Source: Ostreococcus lucimarinus
Lineage: Eukaryota
Length of the DNA stretch: 64,000 nucleotides
Assembly: GCA_000092065.1 (NCBI GenBank)
Contig: CP000592.1
Reading direction: 5' to 3' (one strand)
The position numbers and the translations under genes were made by a program. The notes beneath the pieces are model-generated. The model was given only the letters and a program-made list of their open reading frames with translations. It did not search any database and was not told the origin of the DNA. Below, in pieces: positions 9,651 to 19,077 of the stretch (its first letter is position 1; each line of letters opens with the position of its first letter).

Positions 9651-10571
9651 ATGTCTTTTTTCACCGCCGCCGTGCGCCGCGTCGTCAATCATCGACGTCG
9701 CGCTCTCACGCGCGCGTTTTCCGATCACGCGCGCGTCCTCGCCCACGAAGTCCACGGCGCACCGTTCGGTTCAAAAGTCGATGCCGATGCGTCGTCAACC
9801 ATCTTCATCTTACACGGGCTCTTGGGCGCGGGCCGAAACTGGCGCAGTTTTGCGAAACAGTTGCGGCAGCGCCTCGGCGAACAAGATTGGCGCGTGGTTT
9901 TGGTGGATCTGCGCGGACACGGCGCGAGCGCGAGCATCGGGCAGCGGACGCCGGCGTGCGGCGTGGTGGAGGCGGCTCGGGACGTCGACGCCCTGGCGAA
10001 GATGATCGGGACGGCGCCGAGCGTGGTCGTGGGACACAGCTTGGGAGGGAAAGTCGCGCTGGAGTATTCAAAATTGGCGACAACGGCGCCAAAGCAGACG
10101 TGGTCCTTGGATTCGGTGCCGGGGAGAGTGGAGGCGGATCCCCACGGCGTCGCGGAGGTGTTGTCGGCGATTCGAGCGCTGCCGAGGCGCATACCCAGCC
10201 GCAAGTGGCTCGCGCAGGCGCTACCACAGTTCTCCACTGAGTTGGTGGATTGGATAGGGAGTAATTTGAAAAACGTGTGCGATGGTGGGAGTGAATTAGA
10301 GTTAGTTTTCAACCTCGATACCGTCATGCAGCTTTACGATTCATATCAAAAGACAGACAGTTGGCACGCCATCGAGGACGAGGCTTCTGGCATTTACGTC
10401 GTGAAGGCGGAAAATAGTACGCGCTGGAGTACGGCATGCGTCGAGAGGTTGAAAAGGTCGCCGGCGAATTTCCAAGTGCTAGCAAATGCTGGTCATTGGG
10501 TGCACACCGACAATCCAAACGGGTTGCTCGAGATTCTCACGACGTCCATTCCGAAAAGTAGACAACTATAG
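9651..10571 (+). CDS. Alpha/beta-hydrolase fold protein, ABHD11-like
   Basis: 306-aa ORF with ATG at 9651. It has an HGLLGAGRNW oxyanion region, the nucleophile elbow VVGHSLGGKVAL, and GHWVHTDNP (catalytic His region). Confidence 0.7.
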   Translation: MSFFTAAVRRVVNHRRRALTRAFSDHARVLAHEVHGAPFGSKVDADASSTIFILHGLLGAGRNWRSFAKQLRQRLGEQDWRVVLVDLRGHGASASIGQRTPACGVVEAARDVDALAKMIGTAPSVVVGHSLGGKVALEYSKLATTAPKQTWSLDSVPGRVEADPHGVAEVLSAIRALPRRIPSRKWLAQALPQFSTELVDWIGSNLKNVCDGGSELELVFNLDTVMQLYDSYQKTDSWHAIEDEASGIYVVKAENSTRWSTACVERLKRSPANFQVLANAGHWVHTDNPNGLLEILTTSIPKSRQL

Positions 10572-10605
10572 CAAGTGCGTTGTGTATTTCTAGAAGCTAG
10601 GTATG

Positions 10606-13296
10606 CTAGGTCAACACGTCTATGGATGCTCGACACGTCGGGCATCGTAATGCATTTCGAAGAGAACAGAGTAAGCACGAGGCGTGGAATATGTGCGAGC
10701 AGTCTGTGCGAATCAATTTTTCATTCGTTCGACATTCGTTCAAGCAAATGGCGCACGTAGTACATTCCACGTCTTTGTCAGCGACGTACGCGCGCTTTGC
10801 GATCTCTCGTAACGTCGTGTCTCTGCGATCACGCTCGACGTCTTCAGCAGTAGTGTACAAAAGTCGGTCGCTCTCCCAAAGATTCGCTCCGAATTGTCGC
10901 GCGTCAGCGGCAAATAGATTCGAATCCGTCGCGGTCAAGTCGGCGCCAAAACGTGGTGTTCCGTCGCGAAAAAGCGCCGAATCGCTCGCATAGAGATGTG
11001 CATCGGGATAGAGATTCGAACGATGAGACACTCCGGCGATAATTCCCAATCTACTCGCAATATCTAGCAGAACTTCCGCATCGAGCGCAGCGTAAGTGAT
11101 CTGGGCTTGCGCGAGTGGTCTGGCATCCCAGTTGCTTCGCTGACAGCGCTTATCGAGCGCGTATCCGAGCGTTTCGGAAACGATGGAAGCCAACGAGTTC
11201 ATGACATCGCCTTGCAAGTCGATGACGTTGGCGTCCTGAAAACAGCCGGGTAGAGGGCTCGAGGACGACGACGGATATGACTTGCTCGCGACACGAAGTC
11301 GTTTCCAGTCTTGCTCTGGGGCAAACGCAATCTTTTTCATACCCGATTCACCGAACACGTCTGCGATGAATGTAGACATCCGCGTCCGTTCGATTCGTAA
11401 ACAATCGATGACGAATGTTTCGCAATTGTGCACTGGAGAAATTTGGAGCGTTGAAATCGGTCGCGGATCACGCCATTCGCAATCAAATGCGAAGGCGTCA
11501 CAATGTGGCGACGCAAGAACTTCTTTGATTCGCTCTAATCCGCACTCGTCTTCCACGACGATGATTCTCTTCTTCGGCACCAGGAGGGGAAGTTCAGAAG
11601 AAATTGTCATACTTTGAAGGTTTGCGTCGACGTCGAGAAACTCGTCCGGCGCGCGAAGATCAAATGTTTCGCGCAACGTTTCGCGCGTCAAAGCGTACGC
11701 CTTTGCCTCCAACCAGTCGCCTCGATCCATTAGATCGTCCAAAACTGATATTTCCATGCACTCCACGATCGCATTGCTGGCAATCGTCGTGATGTCGTTT
11801 TCCCACGTGTCCACCAAACGTCGCGCCACTTTTGACACGGTCTTTGAATCCAATGTGGCAATGGCTTCGTCCAATCCCGCGAAAATTGGTTGCCTCCACG
11901 ACTCGACGCGTCCTCCAAGATCAGCTAAACTTACCGCTGTATGTGCGACTGAGGTGGGATCGCTCGCATCGATGGCGCTGCACATGCGTTGCGCAAAATC
12001 CGTGACGCTCTCAAGCGCTCGAGACGTTGTCGTCATCGTCTTGGCGTCTGTTATTTCGAGAAGCGCCGCGATATCATTCAACTCACGGCAGTTGGTCTCT
12101 TCGCACGCACGCACGATGGCAGATACAATTTGATCTTCCGTAAACATCATCTCGCGATCCTTCATCGTCGTGACGAATGTTGAAACCGATCCGCAAATGT
12201 CAAACATTTGTCGCGACGTCACTGAACTCCACGCGCCGTTGTCCATCGCGCTCGCGACGGCGGAGGCTAAAATCCTACACGCAGTTCTACGCGCCTTCTC
12301 TTCGCGAACGCGCACACGATCGGATATTCCACAGTCACGGAGTCGCACACCCACCAAAGCTCGCAATATCGATAAATTGCCATCGTCGTCGGCGACGCCC
12401 GCGAGTGTCTCCGCGGCGCGCGAAGAAACATCCGGCTTCTCCCCGCTCACCGCAATGGCTGTCTCAGCACGCAATATCTTCGCCACTAACTCAACCATGG
12501 CGTCACTTTCGACGTCTTTCGACAATCTTTGGTCCCGCAACAACGTCCCAAACTCCTCCCACGCCGTCTCCGCGTCTTTTTCTCGCTTCTGCTTCGCCGC
12601 CGCTTTTCGCTCCAGCGAACGATCAATACCGTCGGGATTATCCCACGACACTCCTTTATTCAATCGACTAAAATTGCCTCGACGAGATTCCCTCGTCGAC
12701 ACCCCCCGAGCCGGTTCGTTCGCCACCTCATCCGGAAAAAATCGCTCATCCAGGTCGCCGTACTTTAAGCCGTCCGAGTGCGACGCTCGAAAATTCCACC
12801 ACGTCGTCTCTCGCCGCTCGGCTTCCTCGATCGCCTCGATCGTCGCCCTTTCGCAGTGCGACAGCGCTAACGATCGCACGCTTTGTCCCTTATTATTCAC
12901 TATTTTCACCTTTGCCCCGCGCTGCAGCAGGTACAGCACGACGTCGTCGCGACATCGCGTCGTCGCGTAAAACACCGCCGTCTTTCCGTAGTTGTGTCGC
13001 CCCGTGCTGATCTGATCGATCGCCCCTCCCCTCTCCAGCACGCACTTCACCACGTCGAGCGACCCTCGCCACGCCGCGAGGTGCAGCGGCGCCTTCCCGG
13101 ACCTCGCCGCGCGTCGCGCGAGCAATTCGTCGTCGCCCTCGGGTCGCGCGTCGAGCCACTCGCGCAGACCGTCGACGTCGTCGGCCACGAGCAGGCGCTG
13201 CGGCACGCACGCCTCGGCGCGTCGCGCGCGGGCGACGATGGGCATGCGCGCGCGCGCGGTCGCGAGGCGCGACGACGACGGCGCGCGCGCGCGCAT
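10606..13296 (-). CDS. Ankyrin-repeat / 3'-5' exonuclease (DEDDy, WRN/RNaseD-like) / RING-H2 finger protein. The start was moved to the internal ATG at 13296.
   Basis: Ankyrin repeats: KAPLHLAAWRGSLDVVKCVLERGGAIDQ...GKTAVFYATTRCRDDVVLYLLQRGAKV. Exonuclease motifs: AFAFDCEWRDPRPISTLQISP (Exo I DxE) and ITYAALDAEVLLDI (Exo III YxxxD). C-terminal RING-H2: CTTCAICLNECRTNEKLIRTDCSHIFHASCLLCSLRNALRCPTCR. Codons 1-185 of the track ORF are antisense to the BolA gene. Confidence 0.6.
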   Translation of the reverse strand: MRARAPSSSRLATARARMPIVARARRAEACVPQRLLVADDVDGLREWLDARPEGDDELLARRAARSGKAPLHLAAWRGSLDVVKCVLERGGAIDQISTGRHNYGKTAVFYATTRCRDDVVLYLLQRGAKVKIVNNKGQSVRSLALSHCERATIEAIEEAERRETTWWNFRASHSDGLKYGDLDERFFPDEVANEPARGVSTRESRRGNFSRLNKGVSWDNPDGIDRSLERKAAAKQKREKDAETAWEEFGTLLRDQRLSKDVESDAMVELVAKILRAETAIAVSGEKPDVSSRAAETLAGVADDDGNLSILRALVGVRLRDCGISDRVRVREEKARRTACRILASAVASAMDNGAWSSVTSRQMFDICGSVSTFVTTMKDREMMFTEDQIVSAIVRACEETNCRELNDIAALLEITDAKTMTTTSRALESVTDFAQRMCSAIDASDPTSVAHTAVSLADLGGRVESWRQPIFAGLDEAIATLDSKTVSKVARRLVDTWENDITTIASNAIVECMEISVLDDLMDRGDWLEAKAYALTRETLRETFDLRAPDEFLDVDANLQSMTISSELPLLVPKKRIIVVEDECGLERIKEVLASPHCDAFAFDCEWRDPRPISTLQISPVHNCETFVIDCLRIERTRMSTFIADVFGESGMKKIAFAPEQDWKRLRVASKSYPSSSSSPLPGCFQDANVIDLQGDVMNSLASIVSETLGYALDKRCQRSNWDARPLAQAQITYAALDAEVLLDIASRLGIIAGVSHRSNLYPDAHLYASDSALFRDGTPRFGADLTATDSNLFAADARQFGANLWESDRLLYTTAEDVERDRRDTTLREIAKRAYVADKDVECTTCAICLNECRTNEKLIRTDCSHIFHASCLLCSLRNALRCPTCRASIDVLT

Positions 13297-13370
13297 GCGT
13301 GTGACGACGTCGCGAGCACAGACGGCGAAACAATTGGATTCGCCGAGGACGCACACGTCGTCGCGCGCGC

Positions 13371-13604
13371 ATGAGCTCGACGCGCGAGGTGCGCGAGCTG
13401 CTCGAGCGCGCGTTCGCGCCGTGCGCGGAGCTGGACGTCGTGGACGTGAGCGGGGAGTGCGGGAGCGCGTTCGAAGTGCGCGTGGTGAGCGAATCGTTTC
13501 GAGACAAGAGTCGGATTGAGAGTCATCGCGCGATTCACGACGCGCTGGGGAGCGTGATGGGAAAGATACACGCGCTGAGCGTGAAAGTGGCCAAGGCGCC
13601 GTGA
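13371..13604 (+). CDS. BOLA: BolA-like protein (BolA2 type)
   Basis: 77-aa ORF with ATG at 13371: ...LDVVDVSGECGSAFEVRVVSESFRDKSRIESHRAIHDALGSVMGKIHALSVKVAKAP. This is a canonical BolA fold signature (SGGCGS..F.V.VVS..F.GK....HR.V...L....IHALS.K). Confidence 0.75.
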   Translation: MSSTREVRELLERAFAPCAELDVVDVSGECGSAFEVRVVSESFRDKSRIESHRAIHDALGSVMGKIHALSVKVAKAP

Positions 13605-13673
13605 ACGAGGCGCGACGTAGGGGCGCAGAGGATCGTGATGGACCGTTGTTATGGAATGAATGTTGGCTACGAA

Positions 13674-14675
13674 TCAACGCACGGCGAGAAATTTCTCGAG
13701 TTTGGCCACCATCACGGGAGGCCAACGACGTATGCGCGTGACGTAATCGATATCGCGATATTTGGCGCAACCACTCTCGCGCGAACACGCTCGTTCCCAC
13801 GCATCTTCGGCGTCTTCGAAGCGGGCCGCTGAATAATATAAAGCGGCGCACGCCGCGCGCACGTCGGCGCTGTTCGGCGCGCGGCGGACGAGAGATTCGA
13901 GCTGTTTCAGCGCTTTATCTTCGTTTCCAAGCTGAGCTTCGGCGAGGGCAAGGTTGGAGAAGGCGTAAATAGCGCCGTCCAGGCGTTGCGTCGTCGAGGC
14001 GCCGACTTTGAAGCCGCGCGCGCCTTGGAAAAGATTCGCCGCGCTTTCGTAGTCATCCTTTGCCTTGTCCCAATTTCCGAGCGAGCCGTGGACGTTACCT
14101 CTAGAGTTCAAAACGTACGGATCCGGCGCGAATCCCGAGACTTCACACAACCGCAACACCTCGTCATAGTCGCGCAGGGCGTCCCGGAAGCGGTACACTC
14201 CCTCCAGAGCTAACGCCCTTCCCGCGAGAACGCGCGCCGAAGCGCTCGCATCGCCTTCGCACATCGCCACGGCCTCATCGTACGCTTTCAACGCATCGTC
14301 AAACTGTTTCGCGTCCACGCTCACCGTGGCCTTGGCCTCGATCCACCGCAGCTCGTTCGGCTCGGCTCGGCGCAGGGCGTCCAGCGCGTCGAGAGCGCGG
14401 CTAAAGTCTTGCACGTCGTACGCCTCTACCAACGCGCGCTGTAATTCGTCGATGCTCTCAGATGCAAACGCGCGGGAGTTTGCGCGCAACGAGCAACAGA
14501 ACGCGCCGATGACGGCGCTTCGGCGCGTCGTCGTCGTCCCGGAAGTGCTCGGGACGTCATCGGTCGGTGCTTTGAACCGTCGCGTTTGGTTTTGTCCACG
14601 TTCGGGGCGCGCGTCGGCGCGAACGCAGCGCGAAGACGACGCGATGATCGGTGTCGCGCTATACGAAGCGCGCAT
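13674..14675 (-). CDS. TPR-repeat protein, probably plastid-targeted
   Basis: 333-aa ORF with ATG at 14675. It has an S/T/R-rich N-terminus, then tandem TPR-like helices (ALKAYDEAVAMCEG..., ALRDYDEVLRLCEV..., NWDKAKDDYESAANLF..., FEDAEDAWERAC). Confidence 0.55.
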   Translation of the reverse strand: MRASYSATPIIASSSRCVRADARPERGQNQTRRFKAPTDDVPSTSGTTTTRRSAVIGAFCCSLRANSRAFASESIDELQRALVEAYDVQDFSRALDALDALRRAEPNELRWIEAKATVSVDAKQFDDALKAYDEAVAMCEGDASASARVLAGRALALEGVYRFRDALRDYDEVLRLCEVSGFAPDPYVLNSRGNVHGSLGNWDKAKDDYESAANLFQGARGFKVGASTTQRLDGAIYAFSNLALAEAQLGNEDKALKQLESLVRRAPNSADVRAACAALYYSAARFEDAEDAWERACSRESGCAKYRDIDYVTRIRRWPPVMVAKLEKFLAVR

Positions 14676-14762
14676 GGCGCGTGGGACGTCGTGAATGCGA
14701 GTTTGATTGACTCGCCGGCGCGCAATGGCGCGACGGCAGTTCTGCTTACAACGTTTTCCGGC

Positions 14763-16259
14763 CTACAAGCGCATCTCGTGAATCTCGCAATTCTTCATGC
14801 TTCGCTCTGACTTGGAAAACTCCTTGAAGAATGTGGAGTGTCCGAAGACCACAAACGTTTCCTCCGGTCGCTTGAGGAGCCAGTCGCGGAAACGCGCGAC
14901 GCGGCGCTTGAAGTTCGTCTGCGGCTCGAGAGACTTGAACTGTTCTGACTGTGCGTCGTTGGGCCTATGTTCGCAACCCTCCCACCACCAGCGATCTTCA
15001 GGGATTCTAGATAGTGCTAATTCTAATTCCGGAAATTCCGCCTCAAGGCAGCGTCTGGGACGACCGACGTCTCCCGAGCAGCTGAGTTTCTCAGTCAATT
15101 CTTCGCGAATCATGAGTCGGCTTGTCCACTCTTCAAATTCCCGCTCGGGGTTGAAAGCCTTCTTTGACGAAGTACTCAACGGTGTATTTAAGTCGTCGAC
15201 ATTCTCGTCCGGTGAGGCATCGTCCGCGACGTTCGCTCCGCCGCGCTGAGCCTTGTTCAGTTCCGCCGCTTTCGCCTCGAGCGCCGCCTTGCGTCCGATG
15301 ATGCACGTCTCTATCGCCCTCGTCAAAGGTGACGTGATCCAAAGCGCATTTTTCGGCATCTTCGAAAGAGCCATGCCTAAAGCCTTCGCTTGCTTCCTTC
15401 CCAGCTCGGTCAGCGCGGCGTCGAACATCTTTGGCTCGTCCCAGGACCCCGGGCCCGAATTCGCGGCGTTCCACGTACTCTGGCCGTGACGAACCAAGTG
15501 CACCTTCTTCTGACCCGTGCGAAAGATTGGATATAACTTGAGCTGCCGATCCTTTTCCGCCTGAACGCGTGCTGCTGCAGCATCCCTCTTACACTCATCA
15601 TCGCGAATCTTCTCCGCCCTCGCTCTCGCCGTCCGATCTTCGTCGCTATCGCACTGCGAAAATTCGCGCGCCGGCGATATGACGTACTGCGACCCTCCGT
15701 ACTCTCCCGGCGACATCCCTCCCCACTCACTCCTCGGCGTGTCTTCCTCGAACCCCGGCGTTTCATTCCCGTCGCCATCGTCATCATCCACAGTCCCTCG
15801 CTTCCCTCCTGACGCGCGCGCCGAACTCGAATCCCGCCGCGTCCGCCGCCGGCGTTCCCTCCCAATCGACCCCCCCGCGCTCCCACCCGCGACGTCCACG
15901 CTCTTACACGCGCTCATAGACCGACGTTTCGCGATGTTGAACCCTCCCAGCCCGACATCGTCGCTCTCTACTCTCGGCGTTTGCATCGGCGTCGTCTTCA
16001 GGTCTCCCATCGTCCCCAACGGCCCGAGTTCGCTCCGTCGTCGTTTCCGTCCCGTCGTCCACGTTCTTCCGTTCGCGCTCGCCGTGCGCAGCGCACGACC
16101 GTGATGCGCCGCGCGCGCCTGCGTCACCGCGGGCGTCACGGCGTCGTCACGGAACCCATCGTCGTCGTCATCCGTTCGCACGACAGCCGAGACGTGCGCA
16201 TCATCTTTCGACGTTTCCACGCCCGCGCGAGCGTCAACGGGCGCGCGCGCGGACGACAT
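14763..16259 (-). CDS. Histidine-phosphatase superfamily protein (phosphoglycerate-mutase-like, branch 1) with a long acidic/low-complexity N-terminal region
   Basis: The C-terminal domain has the RHG motif HLVRHGQSTWN, then ITSPLTRAIETC and FVVFGHSTFF (second catalytic His). The track start at 16388 is a TTG. The first ATG is at 16259. Confidence 0.5.
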   Translation of the reverse strand: MSSARAPVDARAGVETSKDDAHVSAVVRTDDDDDGFRDDAVTPAVTQARAAHHGRALRTASANGRTWTTGRKRRRSELGPLGTMGDLKTTPMQTPRVESDDVGLGGFNIAKRRSMSACKSVDVAGGSAGGSIGRERRRRTRRDSSSARASGGKRGTVDDDDGDGNETPGFEEDTPRSEWGGMSPGEYGGSQYVISPAREFSQCDSDEDRTARARAEKIRDDECKRDAAAARVQAEKDRQLKLYPIFRTGQKKVHLVRHGQSTWNAANSGPGSWDEPKMFDAALTELGRKQAKALGMALSKMPKNALWITSPLTRAIETCIIGRKAALEAKAAELNKAQRGGANVADDASPDENVDDLNTPLSTSSKKAFNPEREFEEWTSRLMIREELTEKLSCSGDVGRPRRCLEAEFPELELALSRIPEDRWWWEGCEHRPNDAQSEQFKSLEPQTNFKRRVARFRDWLLKRPEETFVVFGHSTFFKEFSKSERSMKNCEIHEMRL

Positions 16260-16432
16260 CGACGCGAGCGATCCCCACGCGCGCGGCGACTGCGCCCGCG
16301 CGCGTTCACGCGCTCGATGCGCGCGCGCGCGAGCTCCCGAACGTCTCGTTTTGACGTGTTTGAAATTCAAATCGCGTCGACGCGTCAATACGCGACGTCG
16401 CGATCGCGATCGCGGCGCTCTTCGCGCGCGCG

Positions 16433-17475
16433 ATGGCGACGAAGTCGTTGGTGATGACGACGCGCGATGATCGCGCGCTGACGCGGTCGACGCGCGACGC
16501 GGAGACGATCGCGACGCTGCAGCGAGAGCTCAGCTCGAGTGAAATAGAACGCGCGACGACGGCGCGCGCGATGGCGGCGCACGAAGAGCGCGCGCGAGAG
16601 CTCGAACGCGCGTTGGCGCGCGCCGAAGACGCGCTGGAGGAAGCGACGAGCGAGATGGAGACGAAGGAGCGAACGCGGAGGGACGGCGCCGAACGCCTGG
16701 CGCGACGATACGAGGCGTTGGCGCGGCGAGTGGAGGAGACCGAACGCGCGGCGAGGCGCGAGCGAGAGGAGTGCGTGATGTATAAAACGGAATGTGAGAG
16801 CCTCAGACAGGCACTGGAGGCTTCGACGCGGGAATTAGGGGCGATGCAGGTGGACGCCGCGCGCGGGAAATCGGCGGCGAGCGAGGCAAAGAATTTTAAA
16901 AGAGAGATTGACAGAGCGCGACGAGAGAAAGACGCGGCGATGAGCGCAATTAGAGCCGAGTTGGCGGATGCGCGGCGGCGGGCAACGTCGTTGGAGGCAT
17001 CGAGCACGGAGGTTAAAAGGATATTGGGCGACGCGTTGGGGGAGGAGTTGGGCGAGCGCGACGCCGCGACGGTGGCGGCGAGACGCGTGGCCGACGCGAT
17101 GCGCGACGCCAAGGCGCGATTGCAAGCGCTCGAACGCGTTCAACACGCGAATAGTGCAGATGGTGCGAGCACGCTCAGAAACTCGACTTCTTCGGCGATG
17201 GAAGACGACGTCGCACTCGTCGCCGAGACGGAGGCCGCGCTCGAAGAGGCCCTCGGCACCGCGCGACGATGGAAGTCAGCGGCCGAGAAAGAGCGCACTT
17301 CGCGAGAACGCATCGAAAATGAGCTCGACGACTGTCGCTCGTCCCTCGCGCGCGCGATCGAGGAAAGGTCTCGAGCCGAATCGTACGAGCGCGAGCTCGA
17401 AGCCGTCGTCGAGCGACTCGGCGATAGAATTCGCGCCCTGGAATCCGCGTCGCCCGCCGTGCGCCGCGACAACGT

Positions 17476-17506
<31 letters not shown>

Positions 17507-17509
17507 TAG
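16433..17509 (+). CDS. Coiled-coil protein (function unknown)
   Basis: 358-aa ORF with ATG at 16433. It shows heptad-rich E/R/A/L composition throughout and ends in a DTDTDTDTDA tail encoded by a (gacacc)4 repeat. Confidence 0.4.
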
Positions 17510-17781
17510 CCAAGCCACCCGGACCGCGCCCGCGTAGCCGCTTGCCCGCTTTCTGATTAATCTGACGACAACATGCCCGCACACTCGGGTTGAGACATAT
17601 CGGGTTTCCGTCGAAACCGTCCGGTGATCTATGAAAAACGACCTCGAATACGCAACACATCGCTGAGATTTCCCAAACCACGCGTTCACTGATTGCCAGC
17701 GCCGAGTCGTCCCCTCGACCGCGCCCTCGGGGTGCGGCGCGACATCGCGACGTCGGGCGCGTCGACGACGCCCCCGACGCG

Positions 17782-19038
17782 ATGCAGACGACCGCGATCC
17801 CGTCGCGAACCGCGGCGCGCGCGCGCGGGTGGACGAGAGCGCGAGAGGGCGCGCGCAACGCGACCATCGTGCGCGCTAACCCACCCGGAAGTGCGCGACG
17901 CGAAGGCGTCGCGCGACGCGGCGACGACGCGGCGACGACGCGCGCGATCGCGGTGGATGAAAGAAAGTCATCATCATCGACGGACGCCGTTCGCGAGTGC
18001 GCCGTGGGGGACGCGCTGCGGGTGCGATTGCCCGGGGAGACTCGAGCGAGTTATCTAGAGGTGGAGGCGACGAGCGCGAACCGCGCGCGCGGAGCGTTTC
18101 GAGGCGTCGATGCGGTGCTCGAGGTGTGCGAAGAGACGAATAGAGTGTTGTTGAGTGAAATTGTCGATGGGAACTTTGGAAAGGATGGGAAGAGGAAGTC
18201 AACGCGATTGTTGCGGGAAAGGTTTACGCGCTCGTACGACGGTTTGACGACGACGCTGGAGACGCTGCGAAGGTCGGGAGAATATCCGGCGCCTGGGTTT
18301 TCGGGCGCGATCGAGTGCGAAGAGGTGTCGAGACTTTGTAGTTTGGAAGAGTTACGCGCGCGAGTTTCGGAAGATGCGAGCTTTTGGGCCGACGGAAGTC
18401 CGAAAGATTTCCAAGGCTTGTCCGCGGACGAGCACGCAACGCTCAACGCCGGGGAGATTTTGGCGTTTCAGTGTGGATGCAGACCGATGTGCATGGTGCA
18501 GCTGTGGACTGGTTGGGAAGACGATTTGGGTCGACGACAAAGCATTGACATGCCTTTTGTCGCCCGATTGCTGAAGGAAATCACCGAAGACGATGAAATT
18601 GGTGTCATCACCGTCGCGCCTCCAGGGGCATCAGAAAAGCTCGGAATCACCGCGCTGTTGTATCCTCGAAAGTCGCCGTATAAAGAGCGCGCGAAGCTGC
18701 TCGCCTCTTTCGGCGCCCAAGCAGCCATCGTGGCGGGTTCAGCGTACTATCAAACGCTGATAGGACGGTGCCTCGGGTACAAGGAGGAGAACATCAATGC
18801 GCACGTGCAGCAATACAACAAGGGCGTCGGCGTCTCGAAGCAAATCAGCGACTTGGTCGAAGAAGAATTGGCCGGGCTTAGCGCAGTTCCCGCGTCAAAA
18901 CGGTGGAGAGATGGGTTCGCGGTCGCTACGGTGTCGAACGACAAGTCGCGAAGTCGAAGGAAAAAGAAGTCCAATCGAGCGTCCTCAAACTTGGAGGACG
19001 TGGAAATGATGTTTGGCCGACGCGGGCGCGCAAAGTAG
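17782..19038 (+). CDS. Conserved hypothetical protein, probably plastid-targeted
   Basis: 418-aa ORF with ATG at 17782. It has an S/T/R-rich presequence and a non-repetitive body (FQCGCRPMCMVQLWTGWEDD..., AIVAGSAYYQTLIGRCLGYKEENINAHVQQYNKG). A TGTAA lies about 7 nt after the stop. Confidence 0.4.
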   Translation: MQTTAIPSRTAARARGWTRAREGARNATIVRANPPGSARREGVARRGDDAATTRAIAVDERKSSSSTDAVRECAVGDALRVRLPGETRASYLEVEATSANRARGAFRGVDAVLEVCEETNRVLLSEIVDGNFGKDGKRKSTRLLRERFTRSYDGLTTTLETLRRSGEYPAPGFSGAIECEEVSRLCSLEELRARVSEDASFWADGSPKDFQGLSADEHATLNAGEILAFQCGCRPMCMVQLWTGWEDDLGRRQSIDMPFVARLLKEITEDDEIGVITVAPPGASEKLGITALLYPRKSPYKERAKLLASFGAQAAIVAGSAYYQTLIGRCLGYKEENINAHVQQYNKGVGVSKQISDLVEEELAGLSAVPASKRWRDGFAVATVSNDKSRSRRKKKSNRASSNLEDVEMMFGRRGRAK

Positions 19039-19077
19039 TATGACTGTAAAAAACAATGAAACAATTTTTTATTAATC

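Noticed and set aside
13297-13851. Upstream 185 codons of ORF 10606..13851
   Set aside because: They are antisense to the BolA gene (13371..13604) and the alternative start there is not an ATG. The real start was assigned to the internal ATG at 13296.
16306-17112. 268-aa minus ORF (Ala/Ser/Arg-rich)
   Set aside because: It is antisense to the coiled-coil gene 16433..17509.
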